64,000 nucleotides of DNA from a virus (IMGVR_UViG_3300032007_000036:67443-131442); one strand, 5' to 3'. Counted from the stretch's first letter, positions 27,578 through 38,206 are shown. Notes: generated by a model not told the origin, from the sequence alone. Numbers and translations are program-made.

Positions 27578-28231
27578 TTAAGCGTGGAGGAAGATTCCTT
27601 TGGACTGTAGGAACTCTCCTGTGATAGCAAGACCAACCCTGGACCCGAATTCCTTAGCAGTAGGTGAGTCATTGACAAGAGTGTAATCTACTTCAATCTT
27701 GTCGATGTAGGCTTCAGACTCATGCTTCTGCCAGTCTGCAGTCTCGAGTCCTTCACGCTTGACTCTGACGAGGAATCCTCCGTGCTTCTTGATCATCTCA
27801 GCTTCATTAGGGAACCGGACATCGGTAATGATCCTGACATGAGTTGGATTTCCATTAGGTTCGATCTCGTTCTTCGCCTCTTCGATATCGTCAAGGAGAA
27901 CCTTCTCCACGATCTTGACCCAACAATCCTTGTCAAGGTGGTTGCGGAACATCTCGGAACCGACAAGCTGCATGAACTTTCGAGGTGTAACCATCGGGAA
28001 CATTGGATTGCAAAATGTCTCCTTGAGAGACTGATCCGACATCTGCTCTTTCGTGTAGCCGAACAGTAAACCTATCTTTCTAATAGTGTCTGCAAATGCA
28101 AGATTGCTAACAGGTATCTTGAATAGATCCCAAACACATGTCTGAATGCCACGTGCAGCAGTGTCTTTTCCGGACTTTGCGTACCCGACAAGACCGATGA
28201 AAACAGGATAGTTTTTAGGACGATTTTCCAT
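27578..28231 (-). CDS. Deoxynucleoside monophosphate kinase (T4 gp1-like)
   Basis: GLVGYAKSGKDT P-loop, FAD, TPRKFMQLVGSE, ITDVRFPNE, HESE. Confidence 0.92.
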   Translation of the reverse strand: MENRPKNYPVFIGLVGYAKSGKDTAARGIQTCVWDLFKIPVSNLAFADTIRKIGLLFGYTKEQMSDQSLKETFCNPMFPMVTPRKFMQLVGSEMFRNHLDKDCWVKIVEKVLLDDIEEAKNEIEPNGNPTHVRIITDVRFPNEAEMIKKHGGFLVRVKREGLETADWQKHESEAYIDKIEVDYTLVNDSPTAKEFGSRVGLAITGEFLQSKGIFLHA

Positions 28232-28300
28232 GGATTACTCCTTAGTTTTGTGCTATTTTATGTGTTCAAAACCATACAAAAATAAATAGGAGTTTACCCT

Positions 28301-28486
28301 ATGCCAGGTTGTATAACGAAGCGGCAGGTTCTGGCTTTCCTTGCCGTCTATGCTATCACCAGAGGCGTGATAGATGAAATCAAGCCTGTCGATGACGGGA
28401 CGACAGAATCGTCCACCTTCGACAAAACCGCGTTCGACGCCACTATGGGCGCAATCGAAGCTAAGACAAACTGCGAAGGAAAGTAA
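28301..28486 (+). CDS. Small hypothetical protein
   Basis: 61 aa, AGGAG SD, ATTTTATG upstream. Confidence 0.65.
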   Translation: MPGCITKRQVLAFLAVYAITRGVIDEIKPVDDGTTESSTFDKTAFDATMGAIEAKTNCEGK

Positions 28487-28496
28487 AGGTTAAGCT

Positions 28497-30116
28497 ATGG
28501 CAGATCTTACTGGATTTCGGCAGATGCTTGCCGATAGGGCTGAGGCCGATAAGGGTCTCCCCAAAGTGTGCCTGAAGTGCACGACTGACTTGGATTTGGC
28601 TCTCGCTCGTCTGATCACTGTTGACAGCCGGTCGGAGGACGAGACGGATGGGCAGGTTGCTGCCCGTTACCTCGATGAGATATGTGCAGAACTGGCTAAG
28701 CCGGAGAATGAAGATGTGGTGAAGCACATCAATGCTGTCATTGCAGCTTTCAAGGAGAAGATCTCCGCAGCCACATCTGCTCTTGGAGACATCAAGACTG
28801 CGGCCAACCAACTGGCTGGCTACATGGAGACGTACAAGAACGACGCACTTGCTCGCGATCCGTTCGTGTCTACGCACGCCAACTTCACCAAACTCTCGGT
28901 CGACTATCCGACCTGGGATTGGTCTGGTCCGGCGATCGTTGGTACGCCTACCTACATCAAGGAGCGCGTCGGCGCTATGCTTGTGGCCAAGGATGCTTCG
29001 GTTCCTACCGAGTACGACTACAGGCTGTTCATCCTTGGTGTATCCAACATCTCACGCAAGGTCAATTTCCAACAGGTTGAGCTCAGTGAAGAGCATCGTA
29101 CGACGATCGTTGACTCCGCTATCGACATCCTGGTCGATAACACCAAGGAAGACATCACCGACGTCGTTGACGTGCTAGTTGGCACCAAGAGTATCAACGG
29201 GATTGTGGCGGATCTTTCTAGGCTGCAGAACATGGATCCCGCCGATCTGTTCGACAGGATCAAGGAGTACGATGCGTTCATTCACAAGTACTACTCGGTC
29301 GCTGCCGCCATCATCGACGAGAAGATCCCGCTCCCGGAGATTGAGGGTAGAGACACTATCAAGAGCAACGCGGAGTGTGTCAAGCTCCTCTGCGAGTTCA
29401 TGGCCTACTTCGAATTGATGGAACGCGAATCAGTGTTCAACAAGGCAGTTCTCCTCCAGGGAGGACTCATCAACTCGGATGAGAAAACCGCGTACGAGAG
29501 TGCTGGTGGAACGACGCTTATGATCGCCCACTACATTCGCTACATGTACAAAGACGATGTCTCGAAGATTCCTGCGCGTGGTATCTCTAGCAAGGTGATA
29601 ATTGAATCGGCCGCACATAACGAGAAAGTTGTTAAGGCGGATATCAGCAACGTCGCCAATCGCATAGCGATCGCTACAACCAGCGCCCGTGTTGAGGCAT
29701 TCAACACTGTGGCACATCGATACATTGTCAACAAAGTCAATCACGACAATCCCGACATGGCCGATGGTGCTAAGACCACGGAAGTCGAGAATATCATGAA
29801 GGCCCTTGTGAAGAAGATTGCCAATCGCATCCTTCATCACGACATCGCCTTTGTTGACGCGGCTCTCATGCTGATCGTTGAAGCCGATTATCATGGAACC
29901 TTCGTCGAGAGCATGTACAATGAACTTGGTGCAGCATATCTGGCTCGTATCCAGACGGCCGAGGACGGTAAGGTTACCGACTTCGACCTGCAGGTCGCCG
30001 AGATGGGTGTTGTTGCACGGATGGTCAGCAACTTCGTTGTTGAACATCTGATCACGTGCTGCTCTGACTGCAAGGACAACACTGTCAAGTCTCCTGTTGT
30101 TCCTGAGAAGGAGTGA
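28497..30116 (+). CDS. Hypothetical alpha-helical protein (probably virion)
   Basis: 539 aa with strong codon bias in a late-type operon. Confidence 0.8.
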   Translation: MADLTGFRQMLADRAEADKGLPKVCLKCTTDLDLALARLITVDSRSEDETDGQVAARYLDEICAELAKPENEDVVKHINAVIAAFKEKISAATSALGDIKTAANQLAGYMETYKNDALARDPFVSTHANFTKLSVDYPTWDWSGPAIVGTPTYIKERVGAMLVAKDASVPTEYDYRLFILGVSNISRKVNFQQVELSEEHRTTIVDSAIDILVDNTKEDITDVVDVLVGTKSINGIVADLSRLQNMDPADLFDRIKEYDAFIHKYYSVAAAIIDEKIPLPEIEGRDTIKSNAECVKLLCEFMAYFELMERESVFNKAVLLQGGLINSDEKTAYESAGGTTLMIAHYIRYMYKDDVSKIPARGISSKVIIESAAHNEKVVKADISNVANRIAIATTSARVEAFNTVAHRYIVNKVNHDNPDMADGAKTTEVENIMKALVKKIANRILHHDIAFVDAALMLIVEADYHGTFVESMYNELGAAYLARIQTAEDGKVTDFDLQVAEMGVVARMVSNFVVEHLITCCSDCKDNTVKSPVVPEKE

Positions 30117-30150
30117 TAGGAGTTAGACACTTAACCAGAAGGAGTTCAGA

Positions 30151-30324
30151 ATGAAGATTCTTTACGCTTTTCTGGTCGGAACTGCCCTGCTGTGCTGCGG
30201 TTGCAGCACAGCAGGTTGTGTATCTTCTGACCATAAACCGGTAGCACCTGATACCTACATTGACGGTGGTTCTGAGACAGGTGATCCTCAGCTACCTCCT
30301 ATGAAACCTCACTGGAAGGACTAA
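30151..30324 (+). CDS. 57-aa lipoprotein (not in ORF track)
   Basis: MKILYAFLVGTALLCCGC-STAG...; AAGGAG SD; Pro-rich mature part. Confidence 0.7.
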   Translation: MKILYAFLVGTALLCCGCSTAGCVSSDHKPVAPDTYIDGGSETGDPQLPPMKPHWKD

Positions 30325-30328
30325 TGCC

Positions 30329-31120
30329 ATGTTTAAGTGGTTGAAAGATCTCTTTAGTTGGGGTGAGAAAGATGACCTCAACAAAGATGAACCGCTAACC
30401 AACGAAGAGGCCTACAGTCTTATCGTTGATGGGCGCAAGAAGTATAAACTGAATTGCGTCAAGGTTCCTGAGAGGGTCAAGACCAAAAGTCTCGCTGCGT
30501 TGGCGGCCAGTCCTAGGTTTACTGCACCTAAAACTGTAGACCTTCGTGACTACTGTACTCAGACAGAGAATCAGGGTAATCTTCCTTATTGTGCGGCATA
30601 CACAGCAGTAGGATTCGCTGAGAACGTGATGTGGCGTAGAGACGACTACATCACTCAGATTGATCCTGTTGCTATCTACAAGCGTGCAAAAGAAATAGAT
30701 GGAGATCCTGGAGAGGGAACCTCTCTTACCGCTGTTCTCGATGTTCTTCTCGAAAAGAAGTACTTCGACCCTAATCTCTGCAAGATCCAGGTTATTTATG
30801 ATACCATTGGATTTGAACAGTCTATCAAATACGCCATCCACAAGTTCGGGTGCTTACTCCTTGCGTGCGATATCACTGAAGAATGGTATCTCTGCGGTCC
30901 AAAGAAGACCGCTATAACTGGGAAGAACAACAATCGGTCTGTAGGTGGTCATGCTATACTCTGCTGCGGTTATAATCGTGACGGTGTTATTATCCATAAC
31001 TCTTGGGGTGAGGAATGGGGTGCTTATGGTTATGCCCTCATTACCTGGGAAGCACTCAGGAAACAGTTCCTGTATGCTGCTGTCCTTACCAACTGTCTTA
31101 ACAATTTGAAACTCAACTAA
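30329..31120 (+). CDS. Papain-like (C1 family) cysteine peptidase
   Basis: VDLR, QGNLPYCAAY (oxyanion Gln and catalytic Cys), GGHAIL (His), HNSWGEEWG..GY (Asn). Confidence 0.92.
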   Translation: MFKWLKDLFSWGEKDDLNKDEPLTNEEAYSLIVDGRKKYKLNCVKVPERVKTKSLAALAASPRFTAPKTVDLRDYCTQTENQGNLPYCAAYTAVGFAENVMWRRDDYITQIDPVAIYKRAKEIDGDPGEGTSLTAVLDVLLEKKYFDPNLCKIQVIYDTIGFEQSIKYAIHKFGCLLLACDITEEWYLCGPKKTAITGKNNNRSVGGHAILCCGYNRDGVIIHNSWGEEWGAYGYALITWEALRKQFLYAAVLTNCLNNLKLN

Positions 31121-31134
31121 GGAGAATTCAAAAA

Positions 31135-32208
31135 ATGAAATTCGGTACACAGAGCGCTGAGCGTGCAGTACGTGCTGCAGCTGAAGACGCTGTAACTGCG
31201 GCCACTGAGGCCCTCGTTATCGGGCAGGATCTCGTGGCTGCTTCCGCTGAAGCAAAGGAACTCATGGATGTGATTGCCAACATCACTCTCATCAGTGACC
31301 TCATCAAGCAGAACGGTCTTAAGTCCAGCTACCATATGACCAAGAGCGTCCAGTCTTTTGCAGACAGCTTCGCTCTTGAGAGCTACACGGCTGGTATGGA
31401 TAATGCATCCGTCAAGCTTCTTGAAGCCAAGTATGTCGAGGCTTCTCAGGAAGGCGTTAAGGAGATGTGGACGCGTTTCCTTGAAGCCATTAAGACCCTC
31501 TGGGCCAAGCTGGTTCAGTGGATCAAGACCACGTTCACGATGCGAGGGATCTATCTCAACCGCATCAAGGACAAGCTTGAGAAGTTCGATGGCTTCGACT
31601 CTGAGGCCAGTGTGAAAGCGATGAAGAAGGATGATGCGGAATCCTGTATCAAGGTAATCGATGCGTTCCACAACATCTTCAAGACAAGTGCCAATGCTCG
31701 TGTCCCTGATGTATATGGTGGGTCGATTCCGTTCTTTGCCAACCCTGATGATCTAGTCGATGCGTTCGATGCTTGTGGCATCACTCTCTCGATGAAGGAT
31801 AAGGATGTTGACATGTCTTCCGCTGGGCGCACGATAGATGAGCTCTATCCTGTGGCTGAGAAGAAGGCTTCTGAGCTTGGTTATTCTAGCAGCGCTATCG
31901 TTACCGGAATTGCCAATCAGGTTAAGAGCATTGAGTCCAAGGCGGACTTCAAGAAGTGCGCTGGTAACGTCGAATCGTTCATCAAGAATACCTATGATGG
32001 AATCACGACTGCGATCAACTCCATCAAGGATGCGGATGGCTCTGGTGAGAAGGAGGTAGTCGAGAAAGTTCGTACGCGTGGTCAGTTGATCCGCGTGGTG
32101 AACAAGGCAATCACCCTTGAGAACACACTCATGGTTCGTGTGTGCAAGACTGTTCTTGCACTGCTCGATGCCAAGAAGAAGGAAGCTGCTGCTCCTGCTA
32201 ACGCGTAA
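31135..32208 (+). CDS. Inner head protein paralogue
   Basis: ALES and ASQEG followed by WTRFLEAIKTLWAKLVQWIK; clearly similar to 45389-46399. Confidence 0.75.
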   Translation: MKFGTQSAERAVRAAAEDAVTAATEALVIGQDLVAASAEAKELMDVIANITLISDLIKQNGLKSSYHMTKSVQSFADSFALESYTAGMDNASVKLLEAKYVEASQEGVKEMWTRFLEAIKTLWAKLVQWIKTTFTMRGIYLNRIKDKLEKFDGFDSEASVKAMKKDDAESCIKVIDAFHNIFKTSANARVPDVYGGSIPFFANPDDLVDAFDACGITLSMKDKDVDMSSAGRTIDELYPVAEKKASELGYSSSAIVTGIANQVKSIESKADFKKCAGNVESFIKNTYDGITTAINSIKDADGSGEKEVVEKVRTRGQLIRVVNKAITLENTLMVRVCKTVLALLDAKKKEAAAPANA

Positions 32209-32273
32209 GCAAAATGAAGCTAGGTTAGGGCGATCCCACAAGGGACGCCCTAACCTAGTTATCATCTTTTGTT

Positions 32274-32819
32274 TCAGAACATTCCCAAGAGTTGAGAGAT
32301 CATATCCCAGATACTACCACCCTTGAAGATCATGAACAGTATGGACAGACCTACCAGACACACGGCGGTCATCTTCCATCTGAACTTGGAGTTATCCTCC
32401 TCAGCAGCACTGAGTCGATTGATCTCCTTAACAGCCGCTTTCCATTCCTGGTCAACTTTCTTGACATACTTGTTGACCTCTCCAAGATTGCGTTTGTTGA
32501 TAGCCACGCTCTCACCGAACTTATCGAGCTTGACATCGTGAGCCTTGAGCAGTGTGCTGATATCAGAGATCGTCCTAATGAGGACTTGGAGATGGTTCAT
32601 CGCACTGCCGATACGCATGGTTATTCTGCCTATCTGTTCAGTGTACTTGCTCTCATCTTCCCCAAGACGATCTTCCAACTCAACTATCTGCTTCTGAAGT
32701 GCCTGGCACTTCTCATCGACATCTTCTTTAACGTGGGATATTCTTTCCGATAACGACTCTAGTGTAAGCTGTTCATCTGATTTGGCATGTTCAATACCAT
32801 CCATGCACAGCCTCCTCAC
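32274..32819 (-). CDS. Coiled-coil protein with a C-terminal transmembrane anchor
   Basis: Heptad-rich body; MTAVCLVGLSILFMIF hydrophobic segment. Confidence 0.7.
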   Translation of the reverse strand: MRRLCMDGIEHAKSDEQLTLESLSERISHVKEDVDEKCQALQKQIVELEDRLGEDESKYTEQIGRITMRIGSAMNHLQVLIRTISDISTLLKAHDVKLDKFGESVAINKRNLGEVNKYVKKVDQEWKAAVKEINRLSAAEEDNSKFRWKMTAVCLVGLSILFMIFKGGSIWDMISQLLGMF

Positions 32820-33682
32820 CTAGCGTTGTCGTACAGTCTGTTCAGACAGAGAATGTAGTTGTGCTCAAGCTGCATCTGGCGTGTAGTAGCCATGCCATAA
32901 GAGTCGAACACAAGCGCGATACCTTTAACTATCTCAGACATGTTCTTGAGGTCCTTACCGGATACTTCAGAGGCATTGTCGTTGACAGAAGAGACAATAG
33001 CCTTGAGAGTTCCCTCGATGTCTGTTATGGTTTCACCCATGCGACGTACATCCTGGAGTCTGCTCTCCATGGAGATGAGATCCATACGGACATCGACCCA
33101 TTCCTTGGTGGAGAGGAAGACTTTGGAGAAAGGAACCTTGACTGCAAACTTCCCAGAAAACTCTCCTAAGCACACATCTACAGCGGCCTTACTTCCTGAC
33201 AGAACCCTGTGCATTATTAGGGCTGTAGCATCTATTTGCTGGGAGAGGTTCTTGTTGCTGGCGTTGATAGAACCGAGTATTTCCTTGAAGGAAGTAGCAA
33301 CAAGTTTGCCGTTGTTGATAGCATTAAGGCGCTGGTACACAGCACCGATAGCATCAACAGCAGACTTGTAGGTTCCCTTGAGGTTCTCAGGAACATCGAC
33401 TTCGATGTTCATCGCCTTGTCGTAGGCTATACCATCAACCACCCTTGTCTTGAGCATGTTTGAGGATACGAACTCATTAAGTTCAGACCTCTTGATGGAC
33501 TTGGTTATGTTTACCAGGTTGGAACCAAATGTATTCAGAAGTTGTCCGAAGGTATCGACAACACCAACGAAGAGTCTTCCAATGATGTTAGAGTTAAGAC
33601 CCTCGACGGATCCATACATCACTCCTTGTTCTGCATACAGGGCGTCTATCTCAAGACAGACAGACGAATAAAAGCTTTCCAT
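32816..33682 (-). CDS. Probable virion head protein
   Basis: 288 aa, SVEG motif after a short propeptide, ATTTTATG upstream. Confidence 0.65.
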   Translation of the reverse strand: MESFYSSVCLEIDALYAEQGVMYGSVEGLNSNIIGRLFVGVVDTFGQLLNTFGSNLVNITKSIKRSELNEFVSSNMLKTRVVDGIAYDKAMNIEVDVPENLKGTYKSAVDAIGAVYQRLNAINNGKLVATSFKEILGSINASNKNLSQQIDATALIMHRVLSGSKAAVDVCLGEFSGKFAVKVPFSKVFLSTKEWVDVRMDLISMESRLQDVRRMGETITDIEGTLKAIVSSVNDNASEVSGKDLKNMSEIVKGIALVFDSYGMATTRQMQLEHNYILCLNRLYDNAR

Positions 33683-33763
33683 AAGAAACTCCTTATTATT
33701 TTTAAAGCATAAAATGGCAACCTAGTTGGGAGTTTTAGGCTCCCAACTAGGTGCTTAAGAACG

Positions 33764-34225
33764 TTAGACTTTGAGCTTGTTCTTGATGCAGGTGTAGACC
33801 AGCTGAAGGAGAGTCTCCTTGATATTTGTGTCGATCTCGGAGGCATTGACCTTGATGTTTTCGGATATATAGATATCCCCCTTAGAGAGGATCTCGTACG
33901 CAACCTTCCAAGCATCCTTGCCCTTGAGACCAGCCTCAATAGCAGTGAGAACTGCCAGTTTGGCAAGAGTCTGGTTCTTCTCATTGTTGATGATGAAGAC
34001 AACAGTCTCTTTAACACCGAAGAATACGACCTTGACGACAGAGACGAATAACGCCTTTGCCCAACCGAACATCTTCTTGTACCAAGGAGTTTTCTTGTTC
34101 TCCTCCTCTACCTCTCTGTCGATGGTAGCCTGAGCTCTAAGCTTAGCGGCTTCAATCGCCTCGTTGAGTTCAATATCAGACTGAACCTCTTTAGTTGCGG
34201 TTTCGCTCGCTTCTCCCATAACCAT
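33764..34225 (-). CDS. Hypothetical protein with an amphipathic/hydrophobic segment
   Basis: 153 aa, AAAGGA SD. Confidence 0.7.
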   Translation of the reverse strand: MVMGEASETATKEVQSDIELNEAIEAAKLRAQATIDREVEEENKKTPWYKKMFGWAKALFVSVVKVVFFGVKETVVFIINNEKNQTLAKLAVLTAIEAGLKGKDAWKVAYEILSKGDIYISENIKVNASEIDTNIKETLLQLVYTCIKNKLKV

Positions 34226-34273
34226 AATCCTTTCTGCTGGTAGATGCCAGCATAGGATAATCAGTTTGGATGG

Positions 34274-36451
34274 TTACATGAGGAGGTCGTACGAGACTTC
34301 GTAGACCGTTTCGTTGTCGTGGAGTTTAACTCCAGCCGCAGCCCGTTCGTCTGCGAGCTGATTATCTGCAACAGATATGCAAGCCTCTGTAAGAGACGCA
34401 TCTGATGTGACGAGCAAGAGCTTGTCGGTTCCTCCAGTTGGAACACTGTGGTTAGGAACAATGAATACACAGTACTTGTGGGTAGGATCTTCGCTATCCA
34501 CAAAATACGTGATCTTTCTTTCCTTGACGACTCCAGATCCTGTGTTGTACGATTTCAGCAACGTCATCTTGTCTTCACAGATGTGAGCATACGCTTCGAA
34601 GTCAGCTGCAATGAGCGACGGAGACTCTACAGTGGAATAGTACAACTCGATAAATCCTGTCGGATCACTAGAGCTATACCAATCGACAATGATGTACTTA
34701 GATTCAGGTACTTTAACACCTGTCTCGAACAGACCAGCAGAAACCTGGGTTGAGTTGTGCCTACTATGTATGAACTTGATAGTCTTACGCCTGGAGTTAC
34801 GAACGAACTGCCTCAACGTGTACATGATACCGTAGGTGTAAACATTATCAGAACTAAACGTTGAGTAGGTGGCGTTCGAACTATTGATAGTTACATTGCT
34901 AGTCTTCCAAGCATTGAAGTAGTTGTAGAAAGTCTGAGATCCTTCAACGATCTTGAACGATTGGGTCATCCAGATGTTAGGAGTCTCGTGACTACCTAGG
35001 AGTTTAACTCCGTTATCAAGTGCACCGTACTTCTGCCAGTAAGAGGTAGTTCCAGATATGAGGTTGTTGATAGTTTTGTACTTGCTATCTGAACCATCGA
35101 TGATGTTACCGAACCGCATTTCTGTATACGTAGTTGCAGGCGCAGATGTCGCACTAGAGTCGTAGTCCTTGGTGACTCGTGCAGCTACAAGACGTAGAGG
35201 ACGATTGGTAGGAGCTGTGATTTCAGCACGATTTGCTCTAGTGGGATTTGTCCTAGATGCTTTCCAGTAGAACGGATCTATCGCGACGATGTTCTTGAGC
35301 ATCTTTCCAGTTTCTGTCGCTCTCTTCCTGTAGAACAGAGCAGAACCTCTTGTCCTACAATTGTTTCTGTCATAACCAAACGACAGAGATGTGACTGTTG
35401 AATAGAGAACATCAATGAACTCCCAAGTATTGAACTTGTAGATCTTACAATGAGCTTCTCTATTCTCCGATATAGAGGCGACAGATCTTGTGCTTCCAGT
35501 GGTTGTTTTATCTTCATCCCATTGAGATCCGAGGATGTGGTAGAACCCTGTGATTGACGCGTTCGAAGTTATAACTGCTCCAAACTCATATTCGTAGCCA
35601 TCCGATTCACTCTGTGTTATCGTCCTAGAGTCATAGGTAAGGATTTCTTCCATACCAGAGAACGGTACTTTGACCCAACCGTCACTTGAATCAAATCCGT
35701 AGTCCTCAGCAACAAGTGTAGGAAGAGCTGATATAGATCCGGTATCAGTTATAGAACCAATATTTTCAGATGTATCCGGATCAGATGCAAATAGTGTGAA
35801 ACTCCCCTCAGCCTTGTAGATTGATACCTGGAACACACTATCTTCAGATTCTTCTGTATACGTTTTAACTGTGACGAATGCTGGGTTATTGCTAGCTACA
35901 CCACAAACAAATGTGTTGCCTACTGTAGTAGATGCTGCTGTCAGACGATAACCATCAGATCCTGAGTAAGTTCCACCGAAGACATAAGCTCCTCCAGGGT
36001 ATACATCTATGTTTGTATCAGTCAGATAGATCTTACTAGCTCCACTGTACGGTATGGATATGTTTCTTGTCTGTGCAGAAGTGTTATTGTAAGTTGTTCC
36101 AAAGAACGAACTGTACATTGCACCTTTGATTTTCTTGGAAGAATGCTCATTGGTGTTGGTATTCCAGTAACCAATGTACATCGTCCCATAAGTCCACTCT
36201 CCAGGAACTACATCGTGATCGTTCTCGAAATCCACGATCATTGTCCATCCGTTGGCTGCTGGGAAATCAGGATCTGTTGAATCACACCACATTAGACCTG
36301 TTCCATCGTAGGACGGTCTAGAGGATGGTATGTCTGCAAATACAAATTGGTCTGGTCCCTTGAGATAAGCAGGAAGACAGTCGTATTCCATAAAACTTCC
36401 ACACTTAATGAAGGCCAGATTTTTAACAGGCTGCATTGTAGGGGCTGCCAT
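34274..36451 (-). CDS. Putative tail fibre/receptor-binding-region protein
   Basis: 725 aa, S/T/G/Y-rich beta-type composition, AAGGAGG SD, ATTTTATG upstream. Confidence 0.55.
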   Translation of the reverse strand: MAAPTMQPVKNLAFIKCGSFMEYDCLPAYLKGPDQFVFADIPSSRPSYDGTGLMWCDSTDPDFPAANGWTMIVDFENDHDVVPGEWTYGTMYIGYWNTNTNEHSSKKIKGAMYSSFFGTTYNNTSAQTRNISIPYSGASKIYLTDTNIDVYPGGAYVFGGTYSGSDGYRLTAASTTVGNTFVCGVASNNPAFVTVKTYTEESEDSVFQVSIYKAEGSFTLFASDPDTSENIGSITDTGSISALPTLVAEDYGFDSSDGWVKVPFSGMEEILTYDSRTITQSESDGYEYEFGAVITSNASITGFYHILGSQWDEDKTTTGSTRSVASISENREAHCKIYKFNTWEFIDVLYSTVTSLSFGYDRNNCRTRGSALFYRKRATETGKMLKNIVAIDPFYWKASRTNPTRANRAEITAPTNRPLRLVAARVTKDYDSSATSAPATTYTEMRFGNIIDGSDSKYKTINNLISGTTSYWQKYGALDNGVKLLGSHETPNIWMTQSFKIVEGSQTFYNYFNAWKTSNVTINSSNATYSTFSSDNVYTYGIMYTLRQFVRNSRRKTIKFIHSRHNSTQVSAGLFETGVKVPESKYIIVDWYSSSDPTGFIELYYSTVESPSLIAADFEAYAHICEDKMTLLKSYNTGSGVVKERKITYFVDSEDPTHKYCVFIVPNHSVPTGGTDKLLLVTSDASLTEACISVADNQLADERAAAGVKLHDNETVYEVSYDLLM

Positions 36452-36550
36452 AAGTAACCTCCTTAATTTTGAAAATCATAAAATTGCCATCTACCTGTGC
36501 GATATCCTTTCTAGTTTTAATTGACTAATCAATAGTTGCAAAATAAAACA

Positions 36551-36582
36551 CCCTCCAGTGGTCCTTAAGGACCACTGGAGGG
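36551..36582. repeat. Perfect 32-bp palindrome (terminator position)
   Basis: CCCTCCAGTGGTCCTT|AAGGACCACTGGAGGG. Confidence 0.9.
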
Positions 36583-36593
36583 CACTGGAGAAA

Positions 36594-38195
36594 TTAGACT
36601 TGTTGATGCTGAACTGCACATCTCTGAAGTATATCAAATACCTGATTGATGGACATTCCAAGTGCGCTGGCTGCTGCTTCGATATACGGTACACAAAGCT
36701 GATTGTTGGTATTCAGCTCATTAGCCGTATCATAGAAGTGCTTAACGGGCTTAGTCTCTCCATTACCGAAGTCAATGTCAGGAAGTGAACCCAAGAATGT
36801 TTCAAAAACGTCTAGTTTTCCTAGTGTTCCGAGCGTGTACTCAAGAGCTAGCTTGGACACACGAATCACTGGGTATGGGACATAAGGATACACTAGAGTT
36901 ATGGTTCCGGCCGCTTCATCCTTGACTCTCTCAGGAGCACCTCCTTCATAGAGGTAACCAGACGGAGGCTTAGGACCTTCATCGATGATCTTCCACACCT
37001 TGTAGACATGAGTTTTGGTGAGGTTCTCTTCATCAGATTCCCAGTGGTCCTCAGCTTCTTCGTCTTCGGCCAATTCCGGAGGATTGTCCACGATGTTCCA
37101 CACTCTGTAGTTGTGAGTGTTAGTGCCAGCATCCAGATCTAGATCCCATCCGAGATCTTCTAGTTCCTGGTTCTCACCAACTTCAGGAGGATTATCGACT
37201 CTGGTTATAACGACATACACGTGTGTGCGTGTGGTACCATCATCTTCCCAGCGATCCTCGTAGATGTACTGATTCTCCTGTAATTCTGGAGGATTGTCTA
37301 CAATGAACCTTACTTCATAGACGTGAGTCTTTGTAGTACCATCGTCGTCCCAGTGTTCATCGACTATCTCCTGTCCTTCTTCGAGAGTGGGAGGATTGTC
37401 TACAATAAACCTGACCTCGTATGCAAAGGTTACGGTTTCACCATCGTCAGATTCTTCATAACGATTGATGATCTGCTGACCTTCTTCAAGAACAGGAGGA
37501 TTGTCAACTACGAAGCGAATTCGGTCATAGACCTTGGTCTTGTAAGTACCATCGTCTTCCCAATGGAAGTCGAGGACTTGCTGACCCTCCTCAAGGACTG
37601 GTGGGTGATCTACGATGATGCGCACCTCATAACGATGAACGTACTTATCGTCGACCACTTCCCAACGATCAGACACGATCTCCATGCCATCAGAGAGTTC
37701 TGGAGGATTATCGACGCGTTCGAGTACATGATAGACGTGAGTCTTGGTCATGTTCTCATTGTCATAGACCCACTCGTCTCCGTTATAGTGATGAGTGGAT
37801 TCGTCGACCTCAGGCATTCCGCCGTCAATGACAGTCCATACCGGATACACATGTACGTACTTATCACCCTGTTCTTCCCAGTGGTCATTTTCAATAACCT
37901 GGTTATCTGCTAACTCCGGCGGATTGTCTGCATTCTGAAGCTTGCGTATGTGACGATACACGTATTTATCGCCGTTCTCAAGCTCGGCGTACTTGTACCC
38001 ATCATCGAGGATTGTGTATCCTTCTTCTTCCTGCGGGCGTTCCCACTGCTCAAGAGGCCAGTAACCCAGTTTGTGGAAAACCTCAATCGGTGCATTTTCG
38101 TATTTTATACCGTTGTGTTCAGGAACGGCAGGTGCCAATTCAACATTGGCACCTCCGTCTATCACACGGTACAACTCAGTTGTTAGTGTGTTCAT
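36594..38195 (-). CDS. Acidic tandem-repeat protein with tail-fibre-assembly-like terminal domains
   Basis: About 10 repeats of ~34 aa, consensus VDNPPxLxExQxIxxxxWEDDGxxKTHVYxV. Confidence 0.8.
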   Translation of the reverse strand: MNTLTTELYRVIDGGANVELAPAVPEHNGIKYENAPIEVFHKLGYWPLEQWERPQEEEGYTILDDGYKYAELENGDKYVYRHIRKLQNADNPPELADNQVIENDHWEEQGDKYVHVYPVWTVIDGGMPEVDESTHHYNGDEWVYDNENMTKTHVYHVLERVDNPPELSDGMEIVSDRWEVVDDKYVHRYEVRIIVDHPPVLEEGQQVLDFHWEDDGTYKTKVYDRIRFVVDNPPVLEEGQQIINRYEESDDGETVTFAYEVRFIVDNPPTLEEGQEIVDEHWDDDGTTKTHVYEVRFIVDNPPELQENQYIYEDRWEDDGTTRTHVYVVITRVDNPPEVGENQELEDLGWDLDLDAGTNTHNYRVWNIVDNPPELAEDEEAEDHWESDEENLTKTHVYKVWKIIDEGPKPPSGYLYEGGAPERVKDEAAGTITLVYPYVPYPVIRVSKLALEYTLGTLGKLDVFETFLGSLPDIDFGNGETKPVKHFYDTANELNTNNQLCVPYIEAAASALGMSINQVFDILQRCAVQHQQV

Positions 38196-38206
38196 TTAAC
38201 ATCTCC

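Noticed and set aside
36594-38195. Diversity-generating retroelement template/variable repeats
   Set aside because: Repeats are in-frame protein repeats with general divergence rather than adenine-specific differences, and no RT is present
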